Source: Escherichia coli (GTDB lineage Bacteria > Pseudomonadota > Gammaproteobacteria > Enterobacterales > Enterobacteriaceae). From it: a stretch of 64,000 nt of DNA. Of the stretch, positions 28,816 through 41,796 are shown piece by piece. Each line of letters starts with the position of its first letter. Within the stretch, counting starts at the first letter, position 1. Location of the stretch: NCBI RefSeq assembly GCF_003018115.1, contig NZ_CP027457.1; one strand, 5' to 3'. The notes below the pieces were generated by a model. It did not search any database. It was not told where the DNA came from and saw only the letters and a list, made by a program, of their open reading frames with translations. The position numbers were made by a program, and so were the translations under genes.

Positions 28816-29769
28816 ATGAAGCATGAATTATCAAGTATGAAGGCATTTGTCATACTGGCAGAGTCCAGTTCATTTAACAATGCCGCTAAATTACTCAACA
28901 TTACGCAACCTGCATTAACGCGAAGAATAAAAAAGATGGAGGAAGATTTACATATTCAACTATTTGAGCGTACAACTCGCAAGGTTACGTTAACAAAAGC
29001 AGGAAAAAGGTTGCTCCCGGAGGCGCGGGAATTAATAAAGAAATTCGATGAAACGCTTTTTAATATTCGTGATATGAATGCTTATCATCGTGGTATGGTG
29101 ACGTTAGCGTGTATTCCGACCGCAGTATTTTATTTTTTACCGCTGGCAATCGGTAAATTTAATGAGCTGTATCCCAATATTAAAGTGCGGATTCTGGAAC
29201 AAGGCACGAATAATTGCATGGAATCGGTGCTATGTAACGAATCAGACTTTGGCATAAACATGAACAACGTCACAAATTCATCCATTGATTTTAGCCCACT
29301 GGTCAACGAGCCGTTCGTGCTGGCCTGTCGGCGTGACCATCCATTGGCCAAAAAGCAGCTTGTAGAATGGCAGGAGTTAGTGGGTTACAAAATGATTGGC
29401 GTACGCTCCTCCAGCGGCAACCGACTGTTGATAGAACAACAGCTAGCCGACAAGCCCTGGAAGCTGGACTGGTTTTACGAAGTGCGTCATCTTTCGACGT
29501 CATTAGGACTGGTGGAGGCAGGACTGGGGATTTCAGCGCTTCCTGGTCTGGCAATGCCCCATGCGCCCTATTCTTCGATTATTGGTATCCCACTGGTGGA
29601 ACCCGTTATACGTCGGACATTGGGGATTATTCGCCGCAAAGATGCCGTGCTTTCTCCGGCAGCTGAACGCTTTTTTGCCTTGCTGATTAATTTGTGGACT
29701 GACGATAAAGACAATTTGTGGACCAATATCGTCGAACGCCAGAGACATGCGTTACAGGAGATAGGTTAA
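28816..29769 (+). CDS. ybhD: LysR-family transcriptional regulator YbhD
   Basis: LysR HTH (MKAFVILAESSSFNNAAKLLNITQPALTRRIKKMEE); start at internal ATG 28816 for 317 aa. Confidence 0.85.
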   Translation: MKHELSSMKAFVILAESSSFNNAAKLLNITQPALTRRIKKMEEDLHIQLFERTTRKVTLTKAGKRLLPEARELIKKFDETLFNIRDMNAYHRGMVTLACIPTAVFYFLPLAIGKFNELYPNIKVRILEQGTNNCMESVLCNESDFGINMNNVTNSSIDFSPLVNEPFVLACRRDHPLAKKQLVEWQELVGYKMIGVRSSSGNRLLIEQQLADKPWKLDWFYEVRHLSTSLGLVEAGLGISALPGLAMPHAPYSSIIGIPLVEPVIRRTLGIIRRKDAVLSPAAERFFALLINLWTDDKDNLWTNIVERQRHALQEIG

Positions 29770-29809
29770 TACACCGGCGCAGGAGAGACTGCGCCGGGTA
29801 AATCAGCGG

Positions 29810-30841
<1,032 letters not shown>

Positions 30842-30959
30842 CTAAAATTAGTCGCTTTTGGCGGTGAATGCTGAATTAAAACGCAGAATTTTGTCCGATA
30901 GTGGTATCGGTGTACCATTCGCGCAGACGAAAATTCTTAACCTTAATCTGGAATACGCC

Positions 30960-31778
30960 ATGACCACACGCGTGATTGCTCTCGACTTAGACGGCACCTT
31001 ATTGACCCCGAAAAAGACCCTGCTTCCTTCATCGATAGAAGCCCTGGCCCGTGCTCGCGAAGCAGGCTATCGATTAATCATCGTCACAGGTCGCCATCAC
31101 GTCGCTATTCATCCTTTTTATCAGGCGCTGGCGCTGGATACACCTGCTATTTGCTGTAATGGCACCTATTTGTATGATTATCATGCAAAAACCGTGCTGG
31201 AAGCGGACCCAATGCCCGTTAATAAAGCCCTGCAACTCATTGAGATGCTGAATGAACACCACATTCACGGTCTGATGTATGTGGATGATGCAATGGTCTA
31301 TGAGCACCCGACCGGGCATGTCATTCGCACGTCTAACTGGGCGCAAACCCTGCCGCCGGAACAGCGTCCGACTTTCACACAAGTCGCTTCTCTGGCTGAA
31401 ACGGCGCAACAAGTTAACGCCGTATGGAAGTTCGCCCTGACGCACGATGACCTGCCGCAATTGCAGCATTTTGGTAAGCATGTCGAACATGAACTGGGAC
31501 TGGAGTGTGAATGGTCCTGGCACGATCAGGTTGATATTGCACGCGGCGGCAACAGCAAAGGTAAACGTTTGACGAAATGGGTTGAGGCGCAAGGCTGGTC
31601 GATGGAAAACGTCGTGGCGTTCGGCGATAACTTTAATGATATCAGTATGCTGGAAGCCGCTGGTACAGGCGTGGCGATGGGCAACGCCGATGACGCGGTA
31701 AAAGCGCGCGCCAACATTGTGATTGGTGATAACACCACCGACAGCATTGCCCAGTTCATTTATAGCCACCTGATTTAA
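30960..31778 (+). CDS. ybhA: HAD-family phosphatase YbhA (pyridoxal phosphate phosphatase)
   Basis: HAD motif IALDLDGTLL after start MTTRVIALD (272 aa). Confidence 0.85.
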   Translation: MTTRVIALDLDGTLLTPKKTLLPSSIEALARAREAGYRLIIVTGRHHVAIHPFYQALALDTPAICCNGTYLYDYHAKTVLEADPMPVNKALQLIEMLNEHHIHGLMYVDDAMVYEHPTGHVIRTSNWAQTLPPEQRPTFTQVASLAETAQQVNAVWKFALTHDDLPQLQHFGKHVEHELGLECEWSWHDQVDIARGGNSKGKRLTKWVEAQGWSMENVVAFGDNFNDISMLEAAGTGVAMGNADDAVKARANIVIGDNTTDSIAQFIYSHLI

Positions 31779-32837
31779 TCAGGCGGTTATCGACACACTT
31801 TTAATTTGCGCGTACAGCCACAGGCCAGGTTTGATCGCCAGTTCATCCCTGGCCCACGGGCTGATACGCGCCCACAGCGTTTTACCGCCGACTTCCAGTT
31901 CCACTTCCACCTGGCCGTTGTCGTCATAACTATTAACAACTTTTGCCCGCAATACGTTACGAATGCTGGTTTGCTGCGGCGGTTGTAAAACCAGAGAAAC
32001 ATCGGAAGCCTGAATGCGGATACGTAGCGCAGCTTGCAGCGGTTCGTCCAGCTTATTGACCCACAAATGCTGATCGCCCAGCGCCAGCGCGGTCATCGCG
32101 TAATGCGGATGATGCTCAAGTACCGTCACTTTCAGAATGCTACTTTGTTGCTCTTTCGGCAGCCACGGATTCATCACGCTACTACCCCAGACTTCTTCCA
32201 GCGCGCCAAAGGCTTTCACCTGACCGTTTTCCAGTACCATCACTCTGTCTGCCAGATGGAGGATCTCATCCAGCGAATGGCTGACATACAACATCGGGAT
32301 GTTGATTTCCCGCGTCAGACGTTGCAGATAAGGCAACAGTTCGCGTTTACGCGGAATATCCAGTGACGCCAGCGGTTCATCCAGCAACAGCAATTCTGGT
32401 GCTGTCAGCAAAGCCCGACCAATCGCCACGCGCTGTTTTTCGCCTCCGGACAGGCTGCCTGGTAAACGGTCAAGCAACGGTTCAATGCCTAAAAGCGCCA
32501 CCAGCTTATCGAACTGATCGACCATACTTTTCGACATGCCGTAGCGCAGATTGCCACGCACTTTGTAATGCGGGAACAGCCGCGCATCCTGAAAAACATA
32601 GCCAACGCGACGCTTTTCCGGCGTCAGGCAGATACCTTTTTCGGCATCATTTAGTACCCGCCCATTGAGGACAATCCGCCCTTTTTGCGGGCGCGTCAGT
32701 CCACTGATGGCGTTAATCAGCGAAGTTTTTCCGGCACCGGAGACGCCAAAGATAGCAGTGATGCCATTGGCGGGCAGCGTTTCATTAATGGTCAGGCAAT
32801 GGTTGCCCAACGTCTGGGAAAAATTCAGCTCCAGCAT
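31779..32837 (-). CDS. modC: Molybdate ABC transporter ATPase
   Basis: 352-aa ABC ATPase (Walker [10 protein letters not shown]) downstream of modB. Confidence 0.9.
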
Positions 32838-32839
32838 GA

Positions 32840-33529
32840 TTAGCGCCCCGCCCGTTCACGGCTGATTCTGGCCAGCCATTCTGAAATCAACAGGGAGATC
32901 ATCGCCAGTGCAATAGAAATAATGCACAGTCTCGCCGCTCCACTTTCCCCGCCGGGGGTCTGGATCAGGGTATACATGGCAGAAGGAATGGTTCGCGTTT
33001 CACCAGGAATGTTCGACACAAAGGTGATGGTTGCACCAAACTCACCGAGAGAACGAGCAAAAGCCAGTACCGTACCAACAATAATGCCCGGTAATGTCAG
33101 CGGTAACGTGATAGTAAAGAAAACGCGCCAGCGCCCGGCCCCCAGTGTTCTTGCGGCCTGTTCCAGTTTGACATCAACCCCTTCCAGCGCCAGACGAATT
33201 GCCCGCACCATCAGCGGAAACGACATGACGGCGGCAGCGAGAACCGCGCCGCGCCAGCTAAAGGCGAAGGTAATACCAAACCAGTCATACAGACGTTCAC
33301 CGATAAATCCGCGCCGTCCCATCGAAACTAATAATAAGTAACCGACGACCACGGGCGGTAACACCAGCGGTAGATGCAGTACGCTGTCGAGCAGAGCTTT
33401 GCCCGGAAACGTGCATCGCACCAGTAACCAGGCAAAAAAGATCCCAAACGGCAGGCTAAACAGCACAGCCAGGGAAGAAACTTTCAGGCTTAATAAAACT
33501 GCCTGCCATTCTGGATCGGTCAGTATCAT
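32840..33529 (-). CDS. modB: Molybdate ABC transporter permease
   Basis: 229-aa permease in the modABC operon. Confidence 0.9.
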
Positions 33530-34302
33530 TACTTGGTTGTAAATCCGTAACGTTTAAAGATTTCCGCAGCCTGCGGTCCCTTCAGATAATCATAAAATGC
33601 TTTCACTGTCGCATTGTTATGCCCTTCCACAACAGCAACCGGATATTCCACTTTTTTATGTGAATCTTCCGGGAAGGTGGCAACCACTTTTACCCCTTTG
33701 CTGGCAACTGCGTCAGAACCGTAAACAATGCCCAACGGCGCTTCATTGCGTTCGACCAACGCCAGCGCCCCACGAACATCTTCCGCTGGGGCCAGTTTCG
33801 GAGAGAGCGTATCCCATGCGCCCAGTTTTTGCAGTGCTTCTTTTGCATAAATGCCAGCAGGGACATGTTCCGGATCGCCAACCGCGAGGCGACCGCCATT
33901 CAGCAGCGAAGTCCAGTTAGTTTTGCTGTCGATGATGAAATCTTTCTGCTCGCTGGCTTTCGGTGCTACAACGACCAGGCTATTGCCGAGCAGTGTCTGG
34001 CGCGAAGCCGTATCGATCGCTTTTTTATCAACCGCATAATCCATCCATTTCTGATCGGCAGAGATAAACAGATCCGCAGGGGCACCCGCTTCAATCTGAC
34101 GGGCGAGAGTAGATGACGAAGCGAAAGAAGAAACCACATCCACGCCTTTCTCTTTTTTATACTGCGTAGCAATGTCCTGCATTGCGTTAGTCAGTGATGC
34201 GGCGGCGAACACCGTGATTTTCCCTTCATCTGCCAGTGCATTGCCAGCAACAGCGAAAGAGAGTGCCGCCCCGGCAAACAAGTTCAACCATTTACGAGCC
34301 AT
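33529..34302 (-). CDS. modA: Molybdate-binding periplasmic protein
   Basis: 257-aa ORF with signal peptide; first gene of modABC. Confidence 0.9.
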   Translation of the reverse strand: MARKWLNLFAGAALSFAVAGNALADEGKITVFAAASLTNAMQDIATQYKKEKGVDVVSSFASSSTLARQIEAGAPADLFISADQKWMDYAVDKKAIDTASRQTLLGNSLVVVAPKASEQKDFIIDSKTNWTSLLNGGRLAVGDPEHVPAGIYAKEALQKLGAWDTLSPKLAPAEDVRGALALVERNEAPLGIVYGSDAVASKGVKVVATFPEDSHKKVEYPVAVVEGHNNATVKAFYDYLKGPQAAEIFKRYGFTTK

Positions 34303-34317
34303 TGGTAACCCCTTAAT

Positions 34318-34346
34318 GTAACGTTATGTAGGCGACAATATAACGA
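34318..34346. promoter_or_regulatory. ModE operator in the modA promoter
   Basis: Minus strand reads CGTTATATTGTCGCCTACATAACGTT, the characteristic ModE-binding motif as recalled. Confidence 0.6.
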
Positions 34347-34468
34347 ATAACTCGGAATTTTCCCAGCAGTTATTGCTAACCTTTGTGAGGTAGATAAGAA
34401 AAAATATCGGCAGGAAAAGCAGGAAGTTGAGAAAAAGAAAATGCCCGACTAAGCGGGCATTCAGGGAA

Positions 34469-34636
<168 letters not shown>

Positions 34637-34746
34637 TCATGAGACTATTCTAACCGCTAAGCACAGAAAAGCACTCCCCTTTTGTGCGGTCAGCTTTGCG
34701 TGGCGTTCGTTTTCCGTCACAATAAGACTTTTGCCAGGACATTGTT

Positions 34747-35535
34747 ATGCAGGCCGAAATCCTTCTCACCCTTAAGCTCCAACAAAAATTATTCGCCGAC
34801 CCGCGCCGCATTTCGCTACTAAAACACATTGCGCTTTCCGGTTCCATTAGCCAGGGAGCGAAAGATGCCGGTATCAGCTATAAAAGCGCCTGGGATGCCA
34901 TTAACGAGATGAATCAGTTAAGTGAGCATATTCTGGTCGAGCGCGCAACAGGCGGTAAAGGTGGCGGCGGCGCAGTACTGACCCGCTATGGTCAGCGACT
35001 GATTCAGCTCTATGACTTACTGGCGCAAATCCAGCAAAAAGCCTTTGATGTGTTAAGTGACGATGACGCCCTGCCGCTGAACAGCCTGCTGGCCGCGATC
35101 TCACGTTTTTCACTGCAAACCAGCGCCCGTAACCAGTGGTTCGGTACCATCACCGCCCGCGATCATGATGACGTTCAACAGCATGTTGATGTCTTACTGG
35201 CTGACGGAAAAACACGCCTGAAAGTCGCAATTACCGCACAAAGCGGCGCGCGTCTGGGGCTGGATGAAGGCAAAGAAGTGTTGATATTGCTAAAAGCGCC
35301 GTGGGTAGGCATTACTCAGGACGAAGCGGTCGCGCAAAACGCTGACAACCAATTACCGGGTATTATTAGTCATATTGAGCGCGGCGCAGAGCAGTGCGAA
35401 GTATTAATGGCGCTACCGGACGGGCAAACACTGTGCGCCACAGTGCCGGTAAATGAAGCGACTTCTCTTCAGCAAGGACAGAATGTCACGGCCTACTTTA
35501 ATGCCGACAGCGTGATTATCGCCACGCTGTGCTAA
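34747..35535 (+). CDS. modE: Molybdate-responsive transcriptional regulator ModE
   Basis: 262-aa ORF MQAEILLTLKLQQKLFADPRRISLLKHIALSGSISQGAKDAGISYKSAW... Confidence 0.9.
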   Translation: MQAEILLTLKLQQKLFADPRRISLLKHIALSGSISQGAKDAGISYKSAWDAINEMNQLSEHILVERATGGKGGGGAVLTRYGQRLIQLYDLLAQIQQKAFDVLSDDDALPLNSLLAAISRFSLQTSARNQWFGTITARDHDDVQQHVDVLLADGKTRLKVAITAQSGARLGLDEGKEVLILLKAPWVGITQDEAVAQNADNQLPGIISHIERGAEQCEVLMALPDGQTLCATVPVNEATSLQQGQNVTAYFNADSVIIATLC

Positions 35536-35602
35536 GCGTGTTGACAATTTGTTATGAAACACGTATCCCTGTCAGTAATCGCTGCACAAAATGGGATATA
35601 AA

Positions 35603-37075
35603 ATGTCATCGTTGCAAATTTTGCAAGGCACGTTTCGTCTTAGCGACACAAAAACGCTGCAATTGCCTCAGCTAACGTTAAACGCGGGTGATAGTTGGGC
35701 GTTTGTCGGTTCGAATGGAAGCGGGAAATCGGCCCTGGCCCGCGCGCTGGCGGGGGAACTTCCGCTTTTGAAAGGTGAACGGCAAAGCCAGTTTTCCCAC
35801 ATAACTCGTCTCTCCTTCGAGCAATTGCAAAAACTCGTCAGCGACGAATGGCAGCGGAATAACACCGATATGCTCGGCCCTGGCGAAGATGACACCGGAC
35901 GCACTACGGCTGAGATCATTCAGGATGAAGTAAAGGATGCACCGCGTTGCATGCAACTGGCGCAGCAGTTCGGTATTACCGCCCTCCTCGACCGACGCTT
36001 TAAATACCTTTCCACTGGCGAGACGCGAAAAACCCTGCTGTGTCAGGCGCTGATGTCGGAGCCTGACTTGTTGATTCTTGATGAGCCGTTCGATGGCCTG
36101 GATGTTGCCTCACGTCAGCAGCTGGCTGAGCGACTCGCCTCGTTACATCAGTCCGGTATTACTCTGGTACTGGTGCTCAATCGCTTCGATGAGATCCCGG
36201 AGTTTGTCCAGTTTGCTGGCGTGCTGGCGGATTGCACGTTAGCGGAAACGGGCGCTAAAGAGGAACTGCTCCAACAAGCACTCGTCGCGCAACTGGCGCA
36301 TAGTGAACAGCTTGAAGGTGTGCAACTGCCGGAGCCGGATGAACCTTCAGCACGTCACGCCTTACCCGCCAACGAACCGCGCATTGTGCTGAACAATGGC
36401 GTGGTTTCTTATAACGATCGCCCCATTCTTAATAACCTTAGCTGGCAGGTGAATCCAGGTGAACACTGGCAAATTGTCGGGCCAAATGGTGCAGGAAAAT
36501 CGACGTTATTAAGCCTGGTTACTGGCGATCATCCGCAAGGTTACAGCAACGATTTGACGCTTTTCGGCCGACGTCGCGGCAGCGGCGAAACCATCTGGGA
36601 CATCAAAAAGCATATCGGTTACGTCAGCAGTAGTTTGCATCTGGATTACCGGGTCAGCACTACCGTGCGTAATGTGATTCTTTCTGGCTATTTTGATTCG
36701 ATTGGCATTTATCAGGCCGTTTCGGATCGCCAGCAAAAACTGGTGCAGCAGTGGCTGGATATTCTCGGCATTGATAAACGCACGGCTGACGCTCCGTTCC
36801 ATAGTCTTTCCTGGGGACAGCAGCGTCTGGCGCTGATCGTCCGCGCACTGGTGAAACATCCGACGTTGCTTATTCTCGATGAACCACTACAGGGGCTTGA
36901 TCCGCTCAATCGCCAGCTTATCCGCCGTTTTGTTGATGTGCTGATTAGCGAAGGTGAAACGCAATTGTTGTTTGTTTCGCACCATGCTGAAGATGCACCC
37001 GCTTGTATTACCCATCGACTGGAGTTCGTGCCGGACGCTGGGTTCTATCACTATGTGCTGACAAAAATAAATTGA
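35603..37075 (+). CDS. modF: ABC-family ATPase ModF (two ATP-binding cassettes)
   Basis: About 490 aa from MSSLQILQG; two Walker A motifs (GSNGSGKS, GPNGAGKS). Confidence 0.85.
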   Translation: MSSLQILQGTFRLSDTKTLQLPQLTLNAGDSWAFVGSNGSGKSALARALAGELPLLKGERQSQFSHITRLSFEQLQKLVSDEWQRNNTDMLGPGEDDTGRTTAEIIQDEVKDAPRCMQLAQQFGITALLDRRFKYLSTGETRKTLLCQALMSEPDLLILDEPFDGLDVASRQQLAERLASLHQSGITLVLVLNRFDEIPEFVQFAGVLADCTLAETGAKEELLQQALVAQLAHSEQLEGVQLPEPDEPSARHALPANEPRIVLNNGVVSYNDRPILNNLSWQVNPGEHWQIVGPNGAGKSTLLSLVTGDHPQGYSNDLTLFGRRRGSGETIWDIKKHIGYVSSSLHLDYRVSTTVRNVILSGYFDSIGIYQAVSDRQQKLVQQWLDILGIDKRTADAPFHSLSWGQQRLALIVRALVKHPTLLILDEPLQGLDPLNRQLIRRFVDVLISEGETQLLFVSHHAEDAPACITHRLEFVPDAGFYHYVLTKIN

Positions 37076-37092
37076 GTCGGTAGTGCTAACCG

Positions 37093-37150
37093 TGCCGGAT
37101 GTGGCGTAAACGCGTTATCCGGCCCACGGTCAGACGCATCCAGGCATGAA
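37093..37150. repeat. REP element
   Basis: GCCGGATGTGGCGTAAACGCGTTATCCGGCC-type palindromic unit downstream of modF. Confidence 0.75.
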
Positions 37151-37242
37151 ACCGAGTCTTTTTTTCAGATAAAAAGCGCAATCATTCATAAACCCTCTGT
37201 TTTATAATCACTTAATCGCACATAAAAAACGGCTAAATTCTT

Positions 37243-37258
37243 GTGTAAACGATTCCAC
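37243..37258. promoter_or_regulatory. gal operator OE (GalR/GalS site) upstream of galE
   Basis: GTGTAAACGATTCCAC read directly; recalled as OE. Confidence 0.7.
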
Positions 37259-37336
37259 TAATTTATTCCATGTCACACTTTTCGCATCTTTGTTATGCTA
37301 TGGTTATTTCATACCATAAGCCTAATGGAGCGAATT

Positions 37337-38353
37337 ATGAGAGTTCTGGTCACCGGTGGTAGCGGTTACATTGGAAGTCATACCTGTGTGCAATTACTGC
37401 AAAACGGTCATGATGTCATCATTCTTGATAACCTCTGTAACAGTAAGCGCAGCGTACTGCCTGTTATCGAGCGTTTAGGCGGCAAACATCCAACGTTTGT
37501 TGAAGGCGATATCCGTAACGAAGCGTTGATGACCGAGATCCTGCACGATCACGCTATCGACACCGTGATCCACTTCGCCGGGCTGAAAGCCGTTGGCGAA
37601 TCGGTACAAAAACCGCTGGAATATTACGACAACAATGTCAACGGTACTCTGCGCCTGATTAGCGCCATGCGCGCCGCTAACGTCAAAAACTTTATTTTTA
37701 GCTCCTCCGCCACCGTTTATGGCGATCAGCCCAAAATTCCATACGTTGAAAGCTTCCCGACCGGCACACCGCAAAGCCCTTACGGCAAAAGCAAGCTGAT
37801 GGTGGAACAGATCCTCACCGATCTGCAAAAAGCCCAGCCGGACTGGAGCATTGCCCTGCTGCGCTACTTCAACCCGGTTGGCGCGCATCCGTCGGGCGAT
37901 ATGGGCGAAGATCCGCAAGGCATTCCGAATAACCTGATGCCATACATCGCCCAGGTTGCTGTAGGCCGTCGCGACTCGCTGGCGATTTTTGGTAACGATT
38001 ATCCGACCGAAGACGGTACTGGCGTACGCGATTACATCCACGTAATGGATCTGGCGGACGGTCACGTCGTGGCGATGGAAAAACTGGCGAACAAGCCAGG
38101 CGTACACATCTACAACCTCGGTGCTGGCGTAGGCAGCAGCGTGCTGGACGTGGTTAATGCCTTCAGCAAAGCCTGCGGCAAACCAGTTAACTATCATTTT
38201 GCACCGCGTCGCGAGGGCGACCTTCCGGCCTACTGGGCGGACGCCAGCAAAGCCGACCGTGAACTGAACTGGCGCGTAACGCGCACACTCGATGAAATGG
38301 CGCAGGACACCTGGCACTGGCAGTCACGCCATCCACAGGGATATCCCGATTAA
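37337..38353 (+). CDS. galE: UDP-glucose 4-epimerase
   Basis: 338 aa from MRVLVTGGSGYIGSH; NAD-binding Rossmann motif. Confidence 0.95.
   Translation: MRVLVTGGSGYIGSHTCVQLLQNGHDVIILDNLCNSKRSVLPVIERLGGKHPTFVEGDIRNEALMTEILHDHAIDTVIHFAGLKAVGESVQKPLEYYDNNVNGTLRLISAMRAANVKNFIFSSSATVYGDQPKIPYVESFPTGTPQSPYGKSKLMVEQILTDLQKAQPDWSIALLRYFNPVGAHPSGDMGEDPQGIPNNLMPYIAQVAVGRRDSLAIFGNDYPTEDGTGVRDYIHVMDLADGHVVAMEKLANKPGVHIYNLGAGVGSSVLDVVNAFSKACGKPVNYHFAPRREGDLPAYWADASKADRELNWRVTRTLDEMAQDTWHWQSRHPQGYPD
37356..37371. promoter_or_regulatory. gal operator OI (internal, within galE 5' coding region)
   Basis: GTGGTAGCGGTTACAT read directly; recalled as OI. Confidence 0.7.
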
Positions 38354-38362
38354 GGAACGACC

Positions 38363-39409
38363 ATGACGCAATTTAATCCCGTTGATCATCCACATCGCCG
38401 CTACAACCCGCTCACCGGGCAATGGATTCTGGTTTCACCGCACCGCGCTAAGCGCCCCTGGCAGGGGGCGCAGGAAACGCCAGCCAAACAGGTGTTACCT
38501 GCGCACGATCCAGATTGCTTCCTCTGCGCAGGTAATGTGCGGGTGACAGGCGATAAAAACCCCGATTACACCGGGACTTACGTTTTCACTAATGACTTTG
38601 CGGCCTTGATGTCTGACACGCCAGATGCGCCAGAAAGTCACGATCCTTTGATGCGTTGCCAGAGCGCGCGCGGCACCAGCCGGGTGATCTGCTTTTCACC
38701 GGATCACAGTAAAACGCTGCCAGAGCTCAGCGTTGCAGCATTGACGGAAATCGTCAAAACCTGGCAGGAGCAAACCGCAGAACTGGGGAAAACGTACCCA
38801 TGGGTGCAGGTTTTTGAAAACAAAGGCGCTGCGATGGGCTGCTCTAACCCGCATCCGCACGGTCAGATTTGGGCAAATAGCTTCCTGCCTAACGAAGCTG
38901 AGCGCGAAGACCGCCTGCAAAAAGAATATTTTGCCGAACAGAAATCACCAATGCTGGTGGATTATGTTCAGCGCGAGCTGGCAGACGGTAGCCGTACCGT
39001 TGTCGAAACCGAACACTGGTTAGCCGTCGTGCCTTACTGGGCTGCCTGGCCGTTCGAAACGCTACTGCTGCCCAAAGCCCACGTTTTGCGGATCACCGAT
39101 TTGACCGACGCCCAGCGCAGCGATTTGGCGCTGGCGTTGAAAAAGCTGACCAGTCGTTATGACAACCTCTTCCAGTGCTCCTTCCCCTACTCTATGGGCT
39201 GGCACGGCGCACCATTTAATGGCGAAGAGAATCAACACTGGCAGCTGCACGCGCACTTTTATCCGCCTCTGCTGCGCTCCGCCACCGTACGTAAATTTAT
39301 GGTTGGTTATGAAATGCTGGCAGAGACCCAGCGAGACCTGACCGCAGAACAGGCAGCAGAGCGTTTGCGCGCAGTCAGCGATATCCATTTTCGCGAATCC
39401 GGAGTGTAA
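38363..39409 (+). CDS. galT: Galactose-1-phosphate uridylyltransferase
   Basis: 348-aa ORF with the HPHGQ active-site motif. Confidence 0.95.
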
Positions 39410-39412
39410 GAA

Positions 39413-40561
39413 ATGAGTCTGAAAGAAAAAACACAATCTCTGTTTGCCAACGCATTTGGCTACCCTGCCACTCACACCATTCAGGCGCCTGGCCGCGTGA
39501 ATTTGATTGGTGAACACACCGACTACAACGACGGTTTCGTTCTGCCCTGCGCGATTGATTATCAAACCGTGATCAGCTGTGCGCCACGCGATGACCGTAA
39601 AGTTCGCGTAATGGCAGCCGATTATGAAAATCAGCTCGACGAGTTTTCCCTCGATGCGCCCATTGTCGCGCATGAAAACTATCAATGGGCGAACTACGTT
39701 CGTGGCGTGGTGAAACATCTGCAACTGCGTAACAACAGCTTCGGCGGCGTGGACATGGTGATCAGCGGCAATGTGCCGCAGGGTGCCGGGTTAAGTTCTT
39801 CCGCTTCACTGGAAGTCGCGGTCGGAACCGTATTGCAGCAGCTTTATCATCTGCCGCTGGACGGCGCACAAATCGCGCTTAACGGTCAGGAAGCAGAAAA
39901 CCAGTTTGTTGGCTGTAACTGCGGGATCATGGATCAGCTAATTTCCGCACTCGGCAAGAAAGATCATGCCTTGCTGATTGACTGCCGCTCACTGGGGACT
40001 AAAGCAGTTTCCATGCCGAAAGGTGTGGCTGTCGTCATCATCAACAGTAACTTCAAACGTACCCTGGTTGGCAGCGAATACAACACCCGTCGTGAACAGT
40101 GCGAAACCGGTGCGCGTTTCTTCCAGCAGCCAGCTCTGCGCGATGTCACCATTGAAGAGTTCAACGCTGTTGCACATGAGCTGGACCCAATCGTGGCGAA
40201 ACGCGTGCGGCATATCCTGACTGAAAACGCCCGCACCGTTGAAGCTGCCAGCGCGCTGGAGCAAGGCGACCTGAAACGTATGGGCGAGTTGATGGCGGAA
40301 TCTCATGCCTCTATGCGCGATGATTTCGAAATCACCGTGCCGCAAATTGACACTCTGGTAGAAATCGTCAAAGCTGTGATTGGCGACAAAGGTGGCGTAC
40401 GCATGACCGGCGGCGGATTTGGCGGCTGTATCGTCGCGCTGATCCCGGAAGAGCTGGTGCCTGCCGTACAGCAAGCTGTCGCTGAACAATATGAAGCAAA
40501 AACAGGTATTAAAGAGACTTTTTACGTTTGTAAACCATCACAAGGAGCAGGACAGTGCTGA
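39413..40561 (+). CDS. galK: Galactokinase
   Basis: 382-aa ORF with GHMP kinase motifs. Confidence 0.95.
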
Positions 40562-41595
40562 ACGAAACTCCCGCACTGGCACCCGATGGTCAGCCGTACC
40601 GACTGTTAACTTTGCGTAACAACGCAGGGATGGTAGTCACGCTGATGGACTGGGGTGCGACTTTACTTTCAGCCCGTATTCCGCTTTCCGATGGCAGCGT
40701 CCGCGAGGCGCTGCTCGGCTGTGCCAGCCCGGAATGCTATCAGGATCAGGCCGCGTTTCTGGGGGCCTCTATTGGTCGTTATGCTAACCGCATCGCCAAT
40801 AGCCGTTATACCTTTGACGGTGAAACCGTGACGCTGTTGCCAAGTCAGGGCGTCAACCAATTGCACGGCGGCCCGGAAGGGTTCGACAAACGTCGCTGGC
40901 AGATTGTGAACCAGAACGATCGTCAGGTGCTGTTTGCCCTGACTTCAGATGATGGCGATCAGGGCTTCCCGGGTAATCTCGGCGCGACGGTGCAATATCG
41001 TCTGACCGACGATAACCGTATCTCCATTACTTATCGCGCCACAGTTGATAAACCTTGCCCGGTGAATATGACTAATCACGTCTATTTCAATCTTGACGGC
41101 GAGCAGTCTGACGTGCGCAATCACAAGTTGCAGATTCTGGCGGACGAATATCTGCCGGTTGATGAAGGCGGCATTCCGCTCGACGGCCTGAAATCTGTCG
41201 CCGGAACGTCTTTTGATTTCCGCAGCGCCAAAATCATCGCCAGTGAGTTTCTTGCCGACGACGATCAGCGCAAAGTGAAAGGTTACGATCACGCATTCTT
41301 GTTACAGGCCAAAGGCGATGGCAAGAAAGTGGCGGCGCATGTCTGGTCAGCAGATGAAAAATTGCAGCTGAAGGTCTACACCACCGCTCCGGCTCTGCAA
41401 TTCTACTCCGGCAACTTCCTCGGCGGCACACCGTCGCGGGGAACCGAACCTTACGCCGACTGGCAAGGGCTGGCGCTGGAAAGCGAGTTTCTGCCGGACA
41501 GCCCGAACCACCCTGAATGGCCGCAACCGGACTGCTTCCTGCGTCCTGGCGAAGAGTATTCCAGCCTGACGGAATATCAGTTTATTGCTGAGTAA
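40555..41595 (+). CDS. galM: Galactose mutarotase (aldose 1-epimerase)
   Basis: 346-aa ORF, last gene of galETKM. Confidence 0.9.
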
Positions 41596-41600
41596 TGTTA

Positions 41601-41624
41601 AGCCCTCGTCATGAGGGCTTTATC
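41601..41624 (+). terminator. Possible intrinsic terminator after galM
   Basis: AGCCCTC-GTCAT-GAGGGCT hairpin followed by a weak T tract. Confidence 0.4.
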
Positions 41625-41796
41625 TCATATTGTTCAAATCACCAGCAAACACCGACATATTTGCAACTCAATATTCACAACAACCTTACACTGCGACACT
41701 ATTTTCGCTATGGTTATGCGTAAGCATTGCTGTTGCTTCGTCACGGCAATATAATGAGAATTATTATCATTAAAAGATGATTTGAGGAGTAAGTAT

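Noticed and set aside
31074-31769. 231-aa minus-strand ORF
   Set aside because: Antisense to ybhA; no RBS or operon context.
33597-34172. Several 60-110-aa ORFs on both strands
   Set aside because: All lie within or antisense to modA.
37475-38317. 280-aa minus-strand ORF
   Set aside because: Antisense to galE, whose reading frame and identity are unambiguous.
39062-40489. Minus-strand ORFs of 220 and 166 aa
   Set aside because: Antisense to galT and galK.
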